This document shows, piece after piece, positions 41,002-49,341 of a stretch of 64,000 bases of DNA. Every line of letters starts with the position of its first letter. Within the stretch, counting starts at the first letter, position 1. The notes under the pieces were generated by a model. That model worked only from the letters and a program-made list of their open reading frames with translations, was not told the origin of the DNA and did no database searches. Made by a program: the position numbers and the translations under genes. This DNA comes from a virus (taxonomy: Duplodnaviria > Caudoviricetes), in IMG/VR virus record IMGVR_UViG_3300030090_003700, positions 494-64,493 of that record; one strand, 5' to 3'.

Positions 41002-41389
41002 TTACCATTTTGTATTCGTCTGGCATACACTGTGGTGGGTCTGTCCACTCATAGCTAGTTATATTAGCAGGTGGTGTCGCTAAGAAATCTCTACATTTAA
41101 TTATAGTGAGATGCTCTTTACCATATCGTTTAGTATATTCTTTACCCAATGCAATCATATGGTCATATAACCACATATAATTTGGTATAGAAGTTCTACA
41201 CCATATAGTTGATGGGTGATTAAGGTGAGCCTGTTTATAAGGTATATGTTGCTTTTGTTCTTGGCTGCCAAACACGTGGTGTGCAGTGCAAAGCATCTGT
41301 GCAGACTCTAATATCATTTTTACTTTATGCTTATCGTAAACATAAGACGCCGCTTTTGCGGGATCGTGGTGTAAGAAAAATATATTCAT
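40814..41389 (-). CDS. Pyrimidine-dimer DNA glycosylase-like protein (DenV superfamily)
   Basis: MNIFFL, DKHKVKMILESAQMLCTAH, HLNHPSTIW, EYTKRYGKEH, PPQCMPDEYK. Confidence 0.75.
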   Translation of the reverse strand: MNIFFLHHDPAKAASYVYDKHKVKMILESAQMLCTAHHVFGSQEQKQHIPYKQAHLNHPSTIWCRTSIPNYMWLYDHMIALGKEYTKRYGKEHLTIIKCRDFLATPPANITSYEWTDPPQCMPDEYKMVNAIHGYWRYYIIDKRKICNKNETPYDYNTVPREVIETYYNTIDSNQFVSSNSDIYKLQSTAG

Positions 41390-41661
41390 AGTTTTTTTTG
41401 TAAATAGTTAATTCGTTGGTTAATTACTGCAGCTTTTTCATATTCTTCAGTTACTAAATACTCCTGTAATATTAATTTTAGATTTTTTATTTCTTCTTTA
41501 ATATCGTCTTCAGGTGTTTTAATACTTTCATATACATCATTATTAATAACATCTAACCCATAAGTTGCAGTTTCTGGGTCTAAAAATTCTTCGTATAAAT
41601 CTTTTTTTATACGATTATATAATGCTTGGTATTCTTCCTCGCTCATATTTATATTATCCAT
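41386..41661 (-). CDS. Hypothetical protein with UVR-like C-terminal motif
   Basis: EEYEKAAVINQRI; true start may be MSEEE at 41646. Confidence 0.55.
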   Translation of the reverse strand: MDNINMSEEEYQALYNRIKKDLYEEFLDPETATYGLDVINNDVYESIKTPEDDIKEEIKNLKLILQEYLVTEEYEKAAVINQRINYLQKKL

Positions 41662-41684
41662 AAGGTTTCGTGTTTAGTCTGTAG
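41651..41684 (-). promoter_or_regulatory. Conserved phage promoter-like motif, copy 2
   Basis: - strand TACAGACTAAACACGAAACCTTATGGATAATAT. Confidence 0.6.
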
Positions 41685-42213
41685 TTAGTATATCAACTAT
41701 AGATTGAGCATTCGCTCTAATTTTATTATACTTAGCTATTTCATCTTTTGTAATTGTATCAACTCCAACATCGCCGAATCTAGTTTTACCATTAGCAAAA
41801 TCAGTATATCGCATATCATCTTTATATGTCTCTATAATCTTATCAGCTGTTGCTACAAATACACATTGTTCTTTATATCTATCGTGACAAGCAACCATAG
41901 TTCTAGCTTTATCACCAGTCCATATTACATATGTATATTGGTGGTCTACATTATCTACATCGGCATATAAGTAGCAACTGTCGTAATACATATCGTGTAC
42001 TAATTTTGCTGCTATTGCTGAGCCGTCTTGTCGGTTATTTACATTTAACCAATTTGCTATTTGTACTGCTTGCCATTCAGGATAACCGTCGTGGTGATGA
42101 TACATATTTACATAGCTGTATTTAGCTACGTTTTCAGGGTGTATAGCAAGTCCGTATGAACTACCTCTTGCATGTCTTCGGTCTACGACCATAATTAAAT
42201 TTCTAGTTGCCAT
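41674..42213 (-). CDS. Hypothetical early protein
   Basis: MATR...YHHHDGYP motif common in small phage early proteins. Confidence 0.65.
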   Translation of the reverse strand: MATRNLIMVVDRRHARGSSYGLAIHPENVAKYSYVNMYHHHDGYPEWQAVQIANWLNVNNRQDGSAIAAKLVHDMYYDSCYLYADVDNVDHQYTYVIWTGDKARTMVACHDRYKEQCVFVATADKIIETYKDDMRYTDFANGKTRFGDVGVDTITKDEIAKYNKIRANAQSIVDILTTD

Positions 42214-42484
42214 ATTCTATATCTTCGTTATTAGTTACCATCCATTCACAATCACCTAATCTGTGACCTGCACCTAATAAAAATGCTTCACAAGATTCAT
42301 GGTCTGGATTCCATTCGTTTTCTTCGTTACATAATGCTCTAACATTATATCTATATACTTTACCATCGTTAAAGTCTAGTACAAATATATATTTAGTACG
42401 CTCAAATTTTTCTTTACGAGCGTGGTTAATAATATTATGTAATTCACTACCATGTTCTAATTCGTATGCTTTACTGCTATTCAT
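42203..42484 (-). CDS. Hypothetical protein
   Basis: 93-aa ORF coupled to neighbours. Confidence 0.6.
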   Translation of the reverse strand: MNSSKAYELEHGSELHNIINHARKEKFERTKYIFVLDFNDGKVYRYNVRALCNEENEWNPDHESCEAFLLGAGHRLGDCEWMVTNNEDIEYGN

Positions 42485-42935
42485 CTTCTTCTAATTTATA
42501 TTCACCAGTGTCTAATAGTTCTTCTTTCTTTTGGTCAAACAATTCCTCATATACATCAGGCCACCAGTTTTCTAGTTCATAATTAAAATCGTATTCCATA
42601 TCACTCCATAAGTTTGGGTCTACCCATACGTTACAACCAGCAGTTAATTCTTGAACAGCCTGCTCTGACCATTCAGAATAATCTTCATAGTAGTAACCGT
42701 CTTGTGATACATAAGGTCTAGACTCAAAGGTACACCAATATATATCGTAAGAATCACAGGTCATTTCACTATATATTTTTAAGGTATACTTGTCGTCAAT
42801 AAAGTCACTTGTATTGTCTAGTGTGCCTCCGTATTCTGATTGGATATACTCTAGTAACCAAGGACCATCTGGCTCTTCCATGAAGCCATCTTCATTTAGT
42901 TTTTCGATGATTATTTCATCAGTTAAAATTTCCAT
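42477..42935 (-). CDS. Highly acidic hypothetical protein
   Basis: 152 aa, extremely D/E- and aromatic-rich. Confidence 0.65.
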   Translation of the reverse strand: MEILTDEIIIEKLNEDGFMEEPDGPWLLEYIQSEYGGTLDNTSDFIDDKYTLKIYSEMTCDSYDIYWCTFESRPYVSQDGYYYEDYSEWSEQAVQELTAGCNVWVDPNLWSDMEYDFNYELENWWPDVYEELFDQKKEELLDTGEYKLEEDE

Positions 42936-42956
42936 AATTAATTGATTTTCAGTTAG

Positions 42957-43031
<75 letters not shown>

Positions 43032-43040
43032 ATAATATTT

Positions 43041-43510
43041 TAGGGTGGTATTGTGCACATACCCACGCTTTCTGAGGTTTCCGTCTTAGCCGTGCACTAC
43101 TATTTCAAGCTGTGACTATTCTTAAGTTACCGTCCTTCGTGTGTTACCCTAAGGCATTGCCCATGACTCGGTTAGATTCAGTGTAATACACTCCCGTACG
43201 TACCTCGGCAATTACCCCGTATACATCACATACACCTACTGTTACCACGTCTCGGTCCAGCCTCTGTCTCGGGTCGCTCATAGTGCCTTTGTAAAACCAG
43301 TCACTAGCGGTGCGCCTCTGACATTAATATTTTCGGGGGAAGAAACCCCAGCAGTCTCTTCTCATTACAGGTGATTCACATATCGGCACTTAGTCCCTAA
43401 TGTGATTTGCCTTGGGAGTCACCAACCCTTAAACGAGCCATTCACTTATGTGGTGTAACGGAATTTTACCGTACTTGGTTTGAACCACCGTGCTAAACTT
43501 GCACACCCTA
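43041..43510 (-). ncRNA. Candidate large structured non-coding RNA (~470 nt)
   Basis: No ORF in track, GC-richer than genome, ends complementary (TAGGGTG/CACCCTA), many hairpins, ends 9 nt before the tRNA. Confidence 0.65.
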
Positions 43511-43526
43511 ATTAAGTTACTCGTCT

Positions 43527-43718
43527 CTATTTACGCCGCCATGCTCTGTGAACACTTGCAGAAACTTCTTGGCTGACGATTTGTATAGTGTTACCCGTCT
43601 TGCCGCTGATAATTGGAACGTAACTATATTGACGTATAGCACTGCAGGAAACGCAAGTACTATAGCCTAAGGCGATACGGCCAGCGGGTATTACATTTGA
43701 ACATTTACATTTTTTCAT
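43527..43718 (-). CDS. DksA/TraR-type C4 zinc-finger protein
   Basis: CKC..VIPAGRIALGYSTCVSC resembles the C..C..IP..R......C..C TraR/DksA finger. Confidence 0.6.
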   Translation of the reverse strand: MKKCKCSNVIPAGRIALGYSTCVSCSAIRQYSYVPIISGKTGNTIQIVSQEVSASVHRAWRRK

Positions 43719-43721
43719 ACA

Positions 43722-43758
43722 CTTATAATATCAAATCTATTTCGTGTTAGGCTTGTAA
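43722..43758 (-). promoter_or_regulatory. Conserved phage promoter-like motif, copy 3
   Basis: - strand TTACAAGCCTAACACGAAATAGATTTGATATTATAAG. Confidence 0.7.
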
Positions 43759-43958
43759 TGATTTACTTCCATCCAGTTCAACATATACTCAATTGTTCTT
43801 ATTGTTATTGCTTTCTTTACTTCCTCATAATCGTCACCTTCTAATTCCTCTAGTTCAGGTATACCATCAACAGCCCAGTCAATTGAGTCATATATTTGGT
43901 CTAAACATACTTCGTGTAAGTATTCTGCTACTCTGTCTATTTCTTTCATTTTTCCCAT
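43737..43958 (-). CDS. Hypothetical early protein
   Basis: MGKMKEID...; start moved to ATG after upstream ORF. Confidence 0.55.
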   Translation of the reverse strand: MGKMKEIDRVAEYLHEVCLDQIYDSIDWAVDGIPELEELEGDDYEEVKKAITIRTIEYMLNWMEVNHYKPNTK

Positions 43959-43960
43959 AA

Positions 43961-44089
43961 TTAAAACCCGTAATGTGGTGTTGCACCAGTTAATAAATGT
44001 AATACTACTCCTATCCAACCAACAATTGTTAGTGTAGTTAATCCCGCAAATGCTATTTTAATAGCATAGTGTGTAAACTTTCTTTTCAT
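43961..44089 (-). CDS. Small single-TM protein (42 aa, not in ORF track)
   Basis: MKRKFTHYAIKIAFAGLTTLTIVGWIGVVLHLLTGATPHYGF read by hand. Confidence 0.55.
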   Translation of the reverse strand: MKRKFTHYAIKIAFAGLTTLTIVGWIGVVLHLLTGATPHYGF

Positions 44090-44283
44090 TGTATATAATC
44101 TTTTTCAATTGTTAAACCTAATTCTCTTGCAACGTAGTTAATATGTTTCTGGGTTGTTACACTCCACCATCCGTGTTGTATAAGTTTTCCCGGATATTCG
44201 ATCGTTGCGACGTGTGTTGAGTAAGACCATATGTCATTACCAACTCGTCTTAAATTTTCTTTATACCTGTTAAATTTTCTCAT
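44086..44283 (-). CDS. Hypothetical early protein
   Basis: SYSTHVA...WSVTTQKHINY. Confidence 0.65.
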   Translation of the reverse strand: MRKFNRYKENLRRVGNDIWSYSTHVATIEYPGKLIQHGWWSVTTQKHINYVARELGLTIEKDYIQ

Positions 44284-44465
44284 TAGTATATATTTTTATT
44301 TGCCCACTGTTGATACTCTTCCCAAGTTTGTTCTTGGTTCAGGTAGCCGTTGTAGACTTTACCGCCACCCATAAATTTTATTCCATTAAAGTTTCCGTTT
44401 TCTAAAAATTCCATTTGTTTGTTATTTCTTTGTTTGCAGCAGCGAGTGATTGTCTCCACTGCCAT
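44283..44465 (-). CDS. Hypothetical early protein (start probably MEFLEN)
   Basis: Stop coupled to next start. Confidence 0.45.
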   Translation of the reverse strand: MAVETITRCCKQRNNKQMEFLENGNFNGIKFMGGGKVYNGYLNQEQTWEEYQQWANKNIY

Positions 44466-44611
44466 TCTTTTTTCCTGTACTCGTAGCTGTTACACCACTT
44501 TTTCCATGCTCTCGTCATGTCGTTCGGGCCATACTTTTCTTCAAACCTTTCGACTTGTACTAGCTTTTCAGCTATTTTTACTGGGTTAAAATCTTTAAAC
44601 TCTGCTACCAT
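44402..44611 (-). CDS. Hypothetical early protein
   Basis: 69-aa ORF. Confidence 0.55.
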   Translation of the reverse strand: MVAEFKDFNPVKIAEKLVQVERFEEKYGPNDMTRAWKKWCNSYEYRKKEWQWRQSLAAANKEITNKWNF

Positions 44612-44843
44612 CAGTGAAGAATTTATGTCCGTATTTAAAGTCTAACCTACTCCACTCGTATTCATGTACATCACCCCAGATTATTAAGTCTTTGATGACA
44701 CGCATGGTGAGGTCGTTGTAGGAAGTAAATCGGTGTAGTTCAGCAATTACTTCGCGTGGTCCGTACTCATATTTCTGAGCGTTTTCTTTTAGCTTTGCCT
44801 TGATTTCTGGCTTTAGCATTTGGTAAAGTGTTTTAATTTTCAT
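44595..44843 (-). CDS. Hypothetical early protein
   Basis: 82-aa ORF directly downstream of promoter copy 4. Confidence 0.6.
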   Translation of the reverse strand: MKIKTLYQMLKPEIKAKLKENAQKYEYGPREVIAELHRFTSYNDLTMRVIKDLIIWGDVHEYEWSRLDFKYGHKFFTDGSRV

Positions 44844-44856
44844 ATCTGTATTTTAT

Positions 44857-44890
44857 TATATTATCAAATTAGGTTCGTGTTTATCTTGTA
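44857..44890 (-). promoter_or_regulatory. Conserved phage promoter-like motif, copy 4
   Basis: - strand TACAAGATAAACACGAACCTAATTTGATAATATA. Confidence 0.7.
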
Positions 44891-45039
44891 TAAAATTTCT
44901 TACTGAATACTTGTTTCTGTGGTACTTTGTATCTTCGATTACCCATACCTTTACACTCACCATATATCTTTACCATTTCAATATGGTGGTGTTTACGTGC
45001 TTTCTTTTTATTCTCTACGTACTGACATAGTTCTTTCAT
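44881..45039 (-). CDS. Small basic protein (52 aa, not in ORF track)
   Basis: MKELCQYVENKRKARKHHH... read by hand. Confidence 0.5.
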   Translation of the reverse strand: MKELCQYVENKKKARKHHHIEMVKIYGECKGMGNRRYKVPQKQVFSKKFYTR

Positions 45040-45040
45040 A

Positions 45041-45184
45041 TTAGTTACTTTCATAAGCTTCGTTTATTAGTTGGTTAATTTCTTTTAGTATTTCTTCTTT
45101 ACTTAAGTCACTGTATTCTAGTCCACTTTTAGTGAACATTTCTATTTTCAGTAACGCTACTATTCTTTTATCTAATCTACTCAT
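45041..45184 (-). CDS. Small protein (47 aa, not in ORF track)
   Basis: MSRLDKRIVALLKIEMF... read by hand. Confidence 0.5.
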   Translation of the reverse strand: MSRLDKRIVALLKIEMFTKSGLEYSDLSKEEILKEINQLINEAYESN

Positions 45185-45185
45185 A

Positions 45186-45404
45186 TTACTTATTTAATTC
45201 AGTTAATATATCTTCTAACATTTCTATACTTGTTGACTTCAATCTCTCGTCAAACCAGTCTTGAGTGACTATACCATTATGTAGTACATAGTTACATATT
45301 ATAGTTTCATTGTTTACGTCTTCTTCTGTTCCCCAGTAGTTTACGTTTTCTTTGTGTTTTACTATTTCTTTTTTAGTAAATTCAATAATTTCTTTAGTGT
45401 TCAT
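45186..45404 (-). CDS. Hypothetical early protein
   Basis: 72-aa ORF downstream of promoter copy 5. Confidence 0.6.
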   Translation of the reverse strand: MNTKEIIEFTKKEIVKHKENVNYWGTEEDVNNETIICNYVLHNGIVTQDWFDERLKSTSIEMLEDILTELNK

Positions 45405-45420
45405 TTCTTAATTTTTATTA

Positions 45421-45463
45421 GTTACATATTAAATATCAATTTAGGTTCGTGTTAGGCTTGTAA
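45421..45463 (-). promoter_or_regulatory. Conserved phage promoter-like motif, copy 5
   Basis: - strand TTACAAGCCTAACACGAACCTAAATTGATATTTAATATGTAAC. Confidence 0.7.
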
Positions 45464-45668
45464 AAGTATATTAACTGTTTAGTAGTAAAAAAAGAGATTC
45501 AGGTGTAGTTCTTACTCTCTTTTCTTGTAAAGTAAAAATAGTGACGTTAGCTAGTAATATTAGTAATAATAGTGAGCTTTTGTCACACTATTTACCGGCA
45601 TGACGATCTGTCGTGTTAGTAACTTTATATGACAATACGTCATACGGTGACAATTCCGGCGCGGTTTT

Positions 45669-45714
45669 TGCTATACGCTATGCTATACGCAAATGCTATA
45701 CATTTGCTATACAC
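45669..45714. repeat. Four direct TGCTATAC repeats at roughly one-helical-turn spacing
   Basis: tgctatacgcta-tgctatacgcaaa-tgctatacatt-tgctatacac; fifth copy near 46595. Confidence 0.8.
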
Positions 45715-45780
45715 CGAAACCCTCCGGTGCCGAGTGATACTTTCCGTATATCTTGCCTTTGGGTTTGGTGATTAGAGAGT

Positions 45781-46083
45781 CTACTTTACTTCAACTCTCT
45801 CTATTACTATGTCTCTTACATTTGAAGGCATTCTAGTACTTTGTGACCAGTAACCTCTTTTTAACCAACATGGCATTATGTTTAGTTTAGGCAACATTAC
45901 TTTTAATACTTCATCATGGTTGTAAGTTACTTTTTCATTTTTGTTGTTAACAAATGTTATGATTTGGTTACGTCCATACCATGACTTTCTTACTACAAAG
46001 TTTTTTCTGGTAATTGGTGGAAAGATTTCTTTTAATTCTTTCTTACTTAGTTTACTGATTGCTTGATTTAATTTAGTGTTCAT
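45781..46083 (-). CDS. Hypothetical early protein
   Basis: 100-aa ORF. Confidence 0.65.
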   Translation of the reverse strand: MNTKLNQAISKLSKKELKEIFPPITRKNFVVRKSWYGRNQIITFVNNKNEKVTYNHDEVLKVMLPKLNIMPCWLKRGYWSQSTRMPSNVRDIVIERVEVK

Positions 46084-46101
46084 AATTTTTAATTTTAATT
46101 G

Positions 46102-46257
46102 TTATTTATATATTTGTATTAATTTATTAATTTCTTTTAAGTTTTTAAAGTGATAGTGATATATAACTTTATTATTATTTAATATGGTAAAGTCATACAT
46201 TTTAAATTCTTTTGAGTAGATTATTTGGAAATAGTTTGGGTGTTTTGATTTTAACAT
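46102..46257 (-). CDS. Small protein (51 aa, not in ORF track)
   Basis: MLKSKHPNYFQIIYSK... downstream of promoter copy 6. Confidence 0.45.
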   Translation of the reverse strand: MLKSKHPNYFQIIYSKEFKMYDFTILNNNKVIYHYHFKNLKEINKLIQIYK

Positions 46258-46274
46258 TTTATTATTTTTTATTT

Positions 46275-46316
46275 GTTACATTAATAATATCAATTTCGTT
46301 TCGTGTTTAGTTTGTT
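46275..46316 (-). promoter_or_regulatory. Conserved phage promoter-like motif, copy 6
   Basis: - strand AACAAACTAAACACGAAACGAAATTGATATTATTAATGTAAC. Confidence 0.68.
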
Positions 46317-46530
46317 ACCAAGGCAGTATAGTTTTTTCAACATAGGTTAGACCTTTGTATTTTAGCCAGTGTGACTTGCCAGTTTTATATTGGTGATTGC
46401 CATCTTCGTCTTGGCCTAAGTATTTTGTTTTAAAGCCGAATGAGTTTGGAAGATTGCCGACTGTGTAGCCTTGATAGTAAGTGTTATTAACTTTAATAAC
46501 ATTGTCTTTTAAGAATTTAATTGTTAACAT
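46315..46530 (-). CDS. Hypothetical early protein (first gene of - arm)
   Basis: 71-aa ORF downstream of promoter copy 7. Confidence 0.6.
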   Translation of the reverse strand: MLTIKFLKDNVIKVNNTYYQGYTVGNLPNSFGFKTKYLGQDEDGNHQYKTGKSHWLKYKGLTYVEKTILPW

Positions 46531-46549
46531 AGTAATTTATTTTTTAATT

Positions 46550-46592
46550 GTTACACTTATAATATCAAATTAACTACGTGTTAACCTTGTAA
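46550..46592 (-). promoter_or_regulatory. Conserved phage promoter-like motif, copy 7
   Basis: - strand TTACAAGGTTAACACGTAGTTAATTTGATATTATAAGTGTAAC. Confidence 0.7.
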
Positions 46593-46940
46593 TTGCTATA
46601 CGCCATGCGGCGTTGAGGTCCCCAGGAAAAGCCCAATATCTACACGAATTTTTATATATACTATACACAACCGCACGACCTGATAGCACCGAATCCCGAG
46701 AACCTCGATTGCAAACGGCAAAACAGCATGGGGGCTGCGTTTAAAAATAACGTTTCCGGTTACAAGGGTGGCACGACAAGGCTATGCGTAACCCTTTTCC
46801 TCCCTATATCTTATAATATACGTACCTTATAATAAATAATGTTATTATTTATTTATATATGACATAAGATATAATTATATAATAGTAGGTAGCAAGCGTC
46901 GCATTATTAAAATTTACTATTTTTGAGTAATAATATAGAT

Positions 46941-47171
46941 ATGGCACAAAAATTATCAGCAACAGCACGCCGAAATAAGGCAGCAAGAGACAAAAGATAC
47001 GCTATGTCTGAGTGGGGTAAGTATAAAAAACGTACTGCACAGAAGAAAAAGTGTAAAAAAGGCTATGATTATGACCATAGGCTCAAAAAATGCGTAAAAG
47101 CTTCTAAAAATCGAGCCGGAGGCAAAGGAGGTACCAAAAATGAGCGCACTAGACAGCGTTATGGGTACTAA
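46941..47171 (+). CDS. Small basic protein, degenerate HNH-like
   Basis: MAQKLS...GYDYDH...SKNR; start moved to ATG 46941. Confidence 0.55.
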   Translation: MAQKLSATARRNKAARDKRYAMSEWGKYKKRTAQKKKCKKGYDYDHRLKKCVKASKNRAGGKGGTKNERTRQRYGY

Positions 47172-47216
47172 AAACCACTAATTTTACGTAATTATACTAA
47201 TATAAAACCAAAACCA

Positions 47217-47507
47217 ATGACATTTTATTACAAAACCTACTCTTGGTCGCAAGGCGAAGCAGGAGTACCCGAAGAAACCAGGAAGCTTTGGGGGCACATC
47301 GCAGAAAAGAAGAACTGGCGAATTGTTCAACTACCAAATGGCTTTTATCAGGCTGAATATATTGATTTAGATGATACCTGGGTTGACGTAACTAGAAGAG
47401 AAACCATAGAATCTTGCGAAAACGCTATCGATGGAAGCATCGAGCACTATCAAAAGAAGCTAGATTTCTTAAAAGGGCCAAAAGTAGTCAAAACTTTCGA
47501 AAAATAA
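47217..47507 (+). CDS. Hypothetical protein
   Basis: 96 aa; NWRIVQLPNGFYQAE. Confidence 0.65.
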   Translation: MTFYYKTYSWSQGEAGVPEETRKLWGHIAEKKNWRIVQLPNGFYQAEYIDLDDTWVDVTRRETIESCENAIDGSIEHYQKKLDFLKGPKVVKTFEK

Positions 47508-47531
47508 CCACTAACTAATAAATTTAATTAA

Positions 47532-49097
47532 ATGGAGTACAATAATCCTAGTGAGATAGTAAAGAATCTGTCTTTCGGGGCAGATGGAAAAGATAAAATA
47601 ATGCACGGGGTTGACAAATTAGCAAATGCTGTTAAATCAACCCTTGGTGCTTCAGGAAAATGCGTAATATACGAAGACGCATTAGGTCGGCCGGTTATAA
47701 CAAAAGACGGTGTAACGGTAGCAGAATCCGTAGTCTTATATGATCCGGTCGAAAATATAGGCGCAACCCTTATAAAGGAAGCGGCTAGGAATACAGTTAA
47801 AGAAGCTGGAGACGGCACAACAACAGCGACAGTGCTTGCGCAGGCATTGTTGCATTTAGCATATGCGAAGATTGAGGAAGAGGGTGTACGTAATATTAAA
47901 TTAGGTATATCCTCCGCCCTTGATAAAGTAACTGAGCACTTACAGGAGGAAGCAATTCCCGTCAAGGATGACATGTTAAGATCCGTGAGTGCTATTAGTT
48001 GCAATAATGATGAAGCTCTAGGAAATATCATATCGCAAGCCTATTCGAAAGTAGGTAAGGATGGTGTCGTCCTAATGGAAGAGTCTGAGACCCATGACAC
48101 ATACGTTAAATTCGTAGAGGGCACCAGAATAGAAGGCGGACTCAAATCGCCACATTTTATGACAGATAGGGATAAAGGTAAGGCAGTACTAGACAATCCG
48201 TACGTACTAATAGTATCTTCGCCAATACCCAATATTCGTAAAATACAAAATGTATTGGAGTTTGTTATTAAAAAGAAAAGGAGCTTATTAATCGTTGCAG
48301 GCGTAGAGCAACAACCTATGGCGGCTTTATTAGCTAACAAGGTAAAAGGCAATATAAAAGTTAATGTTGTAGATCTGCCTGGATTCGGACCAACTAAGCA
48401 AGATACAGTAGAAGATCTTGCGATATTGACTGGAGCTAAAATTATAAATGAAGAACTTGGTGATGATTTAGATTTAATTAATCCAGATGTTCTTGGTGAA
48501 GCTAAGCAAGCTATAACCGATAGTACCCATACAGTTCTTCAAACTATAGATCAAGGTAATGTTACTAAAGAACGTATTGAAAACGTTGAAAAGAAAGTAA
48601 AAAAAGAAAAAGATCCGTACTTTAAGAAGAAGCAACAAGAACGTTTAGCTATGCTAAATGGGCAAGTTGCGATGATAAAAGTCGGCGCCGATTCTAAAAT
48701 TGAGCTAAAAGAAAAGAAAGATAGGGTTGAAGACGCTATCTATGCAACTAAAGCCGCACTACAAGAAGGAATAGTATCTGGTGGTGGAGTTGCATTATTA
48801 GATGCTCACTATAATATACAACCAGAAAATGAAGGCGAACGTATTTTATTAGAAGCTATAAAGTCTCCATATAAAACTATTTTAGAAAATGCTAATTTAG
48901 AATATAAAGAAACGGGAAAACAAGGAACGGGTGTTAATGTTGTGTGTAATAAATCAGTTAACATGATTAAAGCTGGTATTATTGATCCTGTACTTGTAAC
49001 TAAAACAGCACTAAAAAATGCAGTTAGCGTTGTTAATACTATAATTTCTGCAGATTGTGTAATTTCAAATATAAGACTAGACAATGCAAGCAGTTAA
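47532..49097 (+). CDS. groEL: Phage-encoded chaperonin GroEL
   Basis: VKSTLGASG, ITKDGVTVA, AGDGTTTAT, PGFG, EKKDRVEDA, GIVSGGG, GIIDP motifs; no GGM tail. Confidence 0.95.
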   Translation: MEYNNPSEIVKNLSFGADGKDKIMHGVDKLANAVKSTLGASGKCVIYEDALGRPVITKDGVTVAESVVLYDPVENIGATLIKEAARNTVKEAGDGTTTATVLAQALLHLAYAKIEEEGVRNIKLGISSALDKVTEHLQEEAIPVKDDMLRSVSAISCNNDEALGNIISQAYSKVGKDGVVLMEESETHDTYVKFVEGTRIEGGLKSPHFMTDRDKGKAVLDNPYVLIVSSPIPNIRKIQNVLEFVIKKKRSLLIVAGVEQQPMAALLANKVKGNIKVNVVDLPGFGPTKQDTVEDLAILTGAKIINEELGDDLDLINPDVLGEAKQAITDSTHTVLQTIDQGNVTKERIENVEKKVKKEKDPYFKKKQQERLAMLNGQVAMIKVGADSKIELKEKKDRVEDAIYATKAALQEGIVSGGGVALLDAHYNIQPENEGERILLEAIKSPYKTILENANLEYKETGKQGTGVNVVCNKSVNMIKAGIIDPVLVTKTALKNAVSVVNTIISADCVISNIRLDNASS

Positions 49098-49341
49098 TTA
49101 TTATATAGTAATAGAAAAAATAAAAGAAGCGCCGAAGAAAGTAGGTGGCTTAGAACTTACCGAAGATCAAAATAAAGACATAAGATATTCAAAAGGTAAA
49201 ATAATTTCTGCCGGCGATAAGGTAGAGATGCTAAATAAAGGTGATATAGTACATTATGATAAACATGCAGGGCATGGAATTCAATGGAAAGATAAACTAT
49301 ATTATGTATTAAAACTTGGTGATATAGTTTTAGTTGAATGA
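49084..49341 (+). CDS. groES: Co-chaperonin GroES
   Basis: 85 aa overlapping groEL; mobile loop KVGGLEL, GKIISAG, GDIVHYDKHAG. Confidence 0.85.
   Translation: MQAVNYYIVIEKIKEAPKKVGGLELTEDQNKDIRYSKGKIISAGDKVEMLNKGDIVHYDKHAGHGIQWKDKLYYVLKLGDIVLVE

Noticed and set aside
43041-43510. tmRNA, RNase P RNA or self-splicing intron
   Set aside because: No tRNA-Ala-like ends, no recognisable RNase P P4 motif, and it does not interrupt a gene; kept as unclassified ncRNA
45669-45714. Mini-CRISPR array
   Set aside because: Repeats are 8 bp with 3-5 bp gaps, far too short; no cas genes
47528-48352. Antisense ORFs over groEL, and similar antisense ORFs across structural genes
   Set aside because: Mirror-frame shadows of real genes with no independent coding signals
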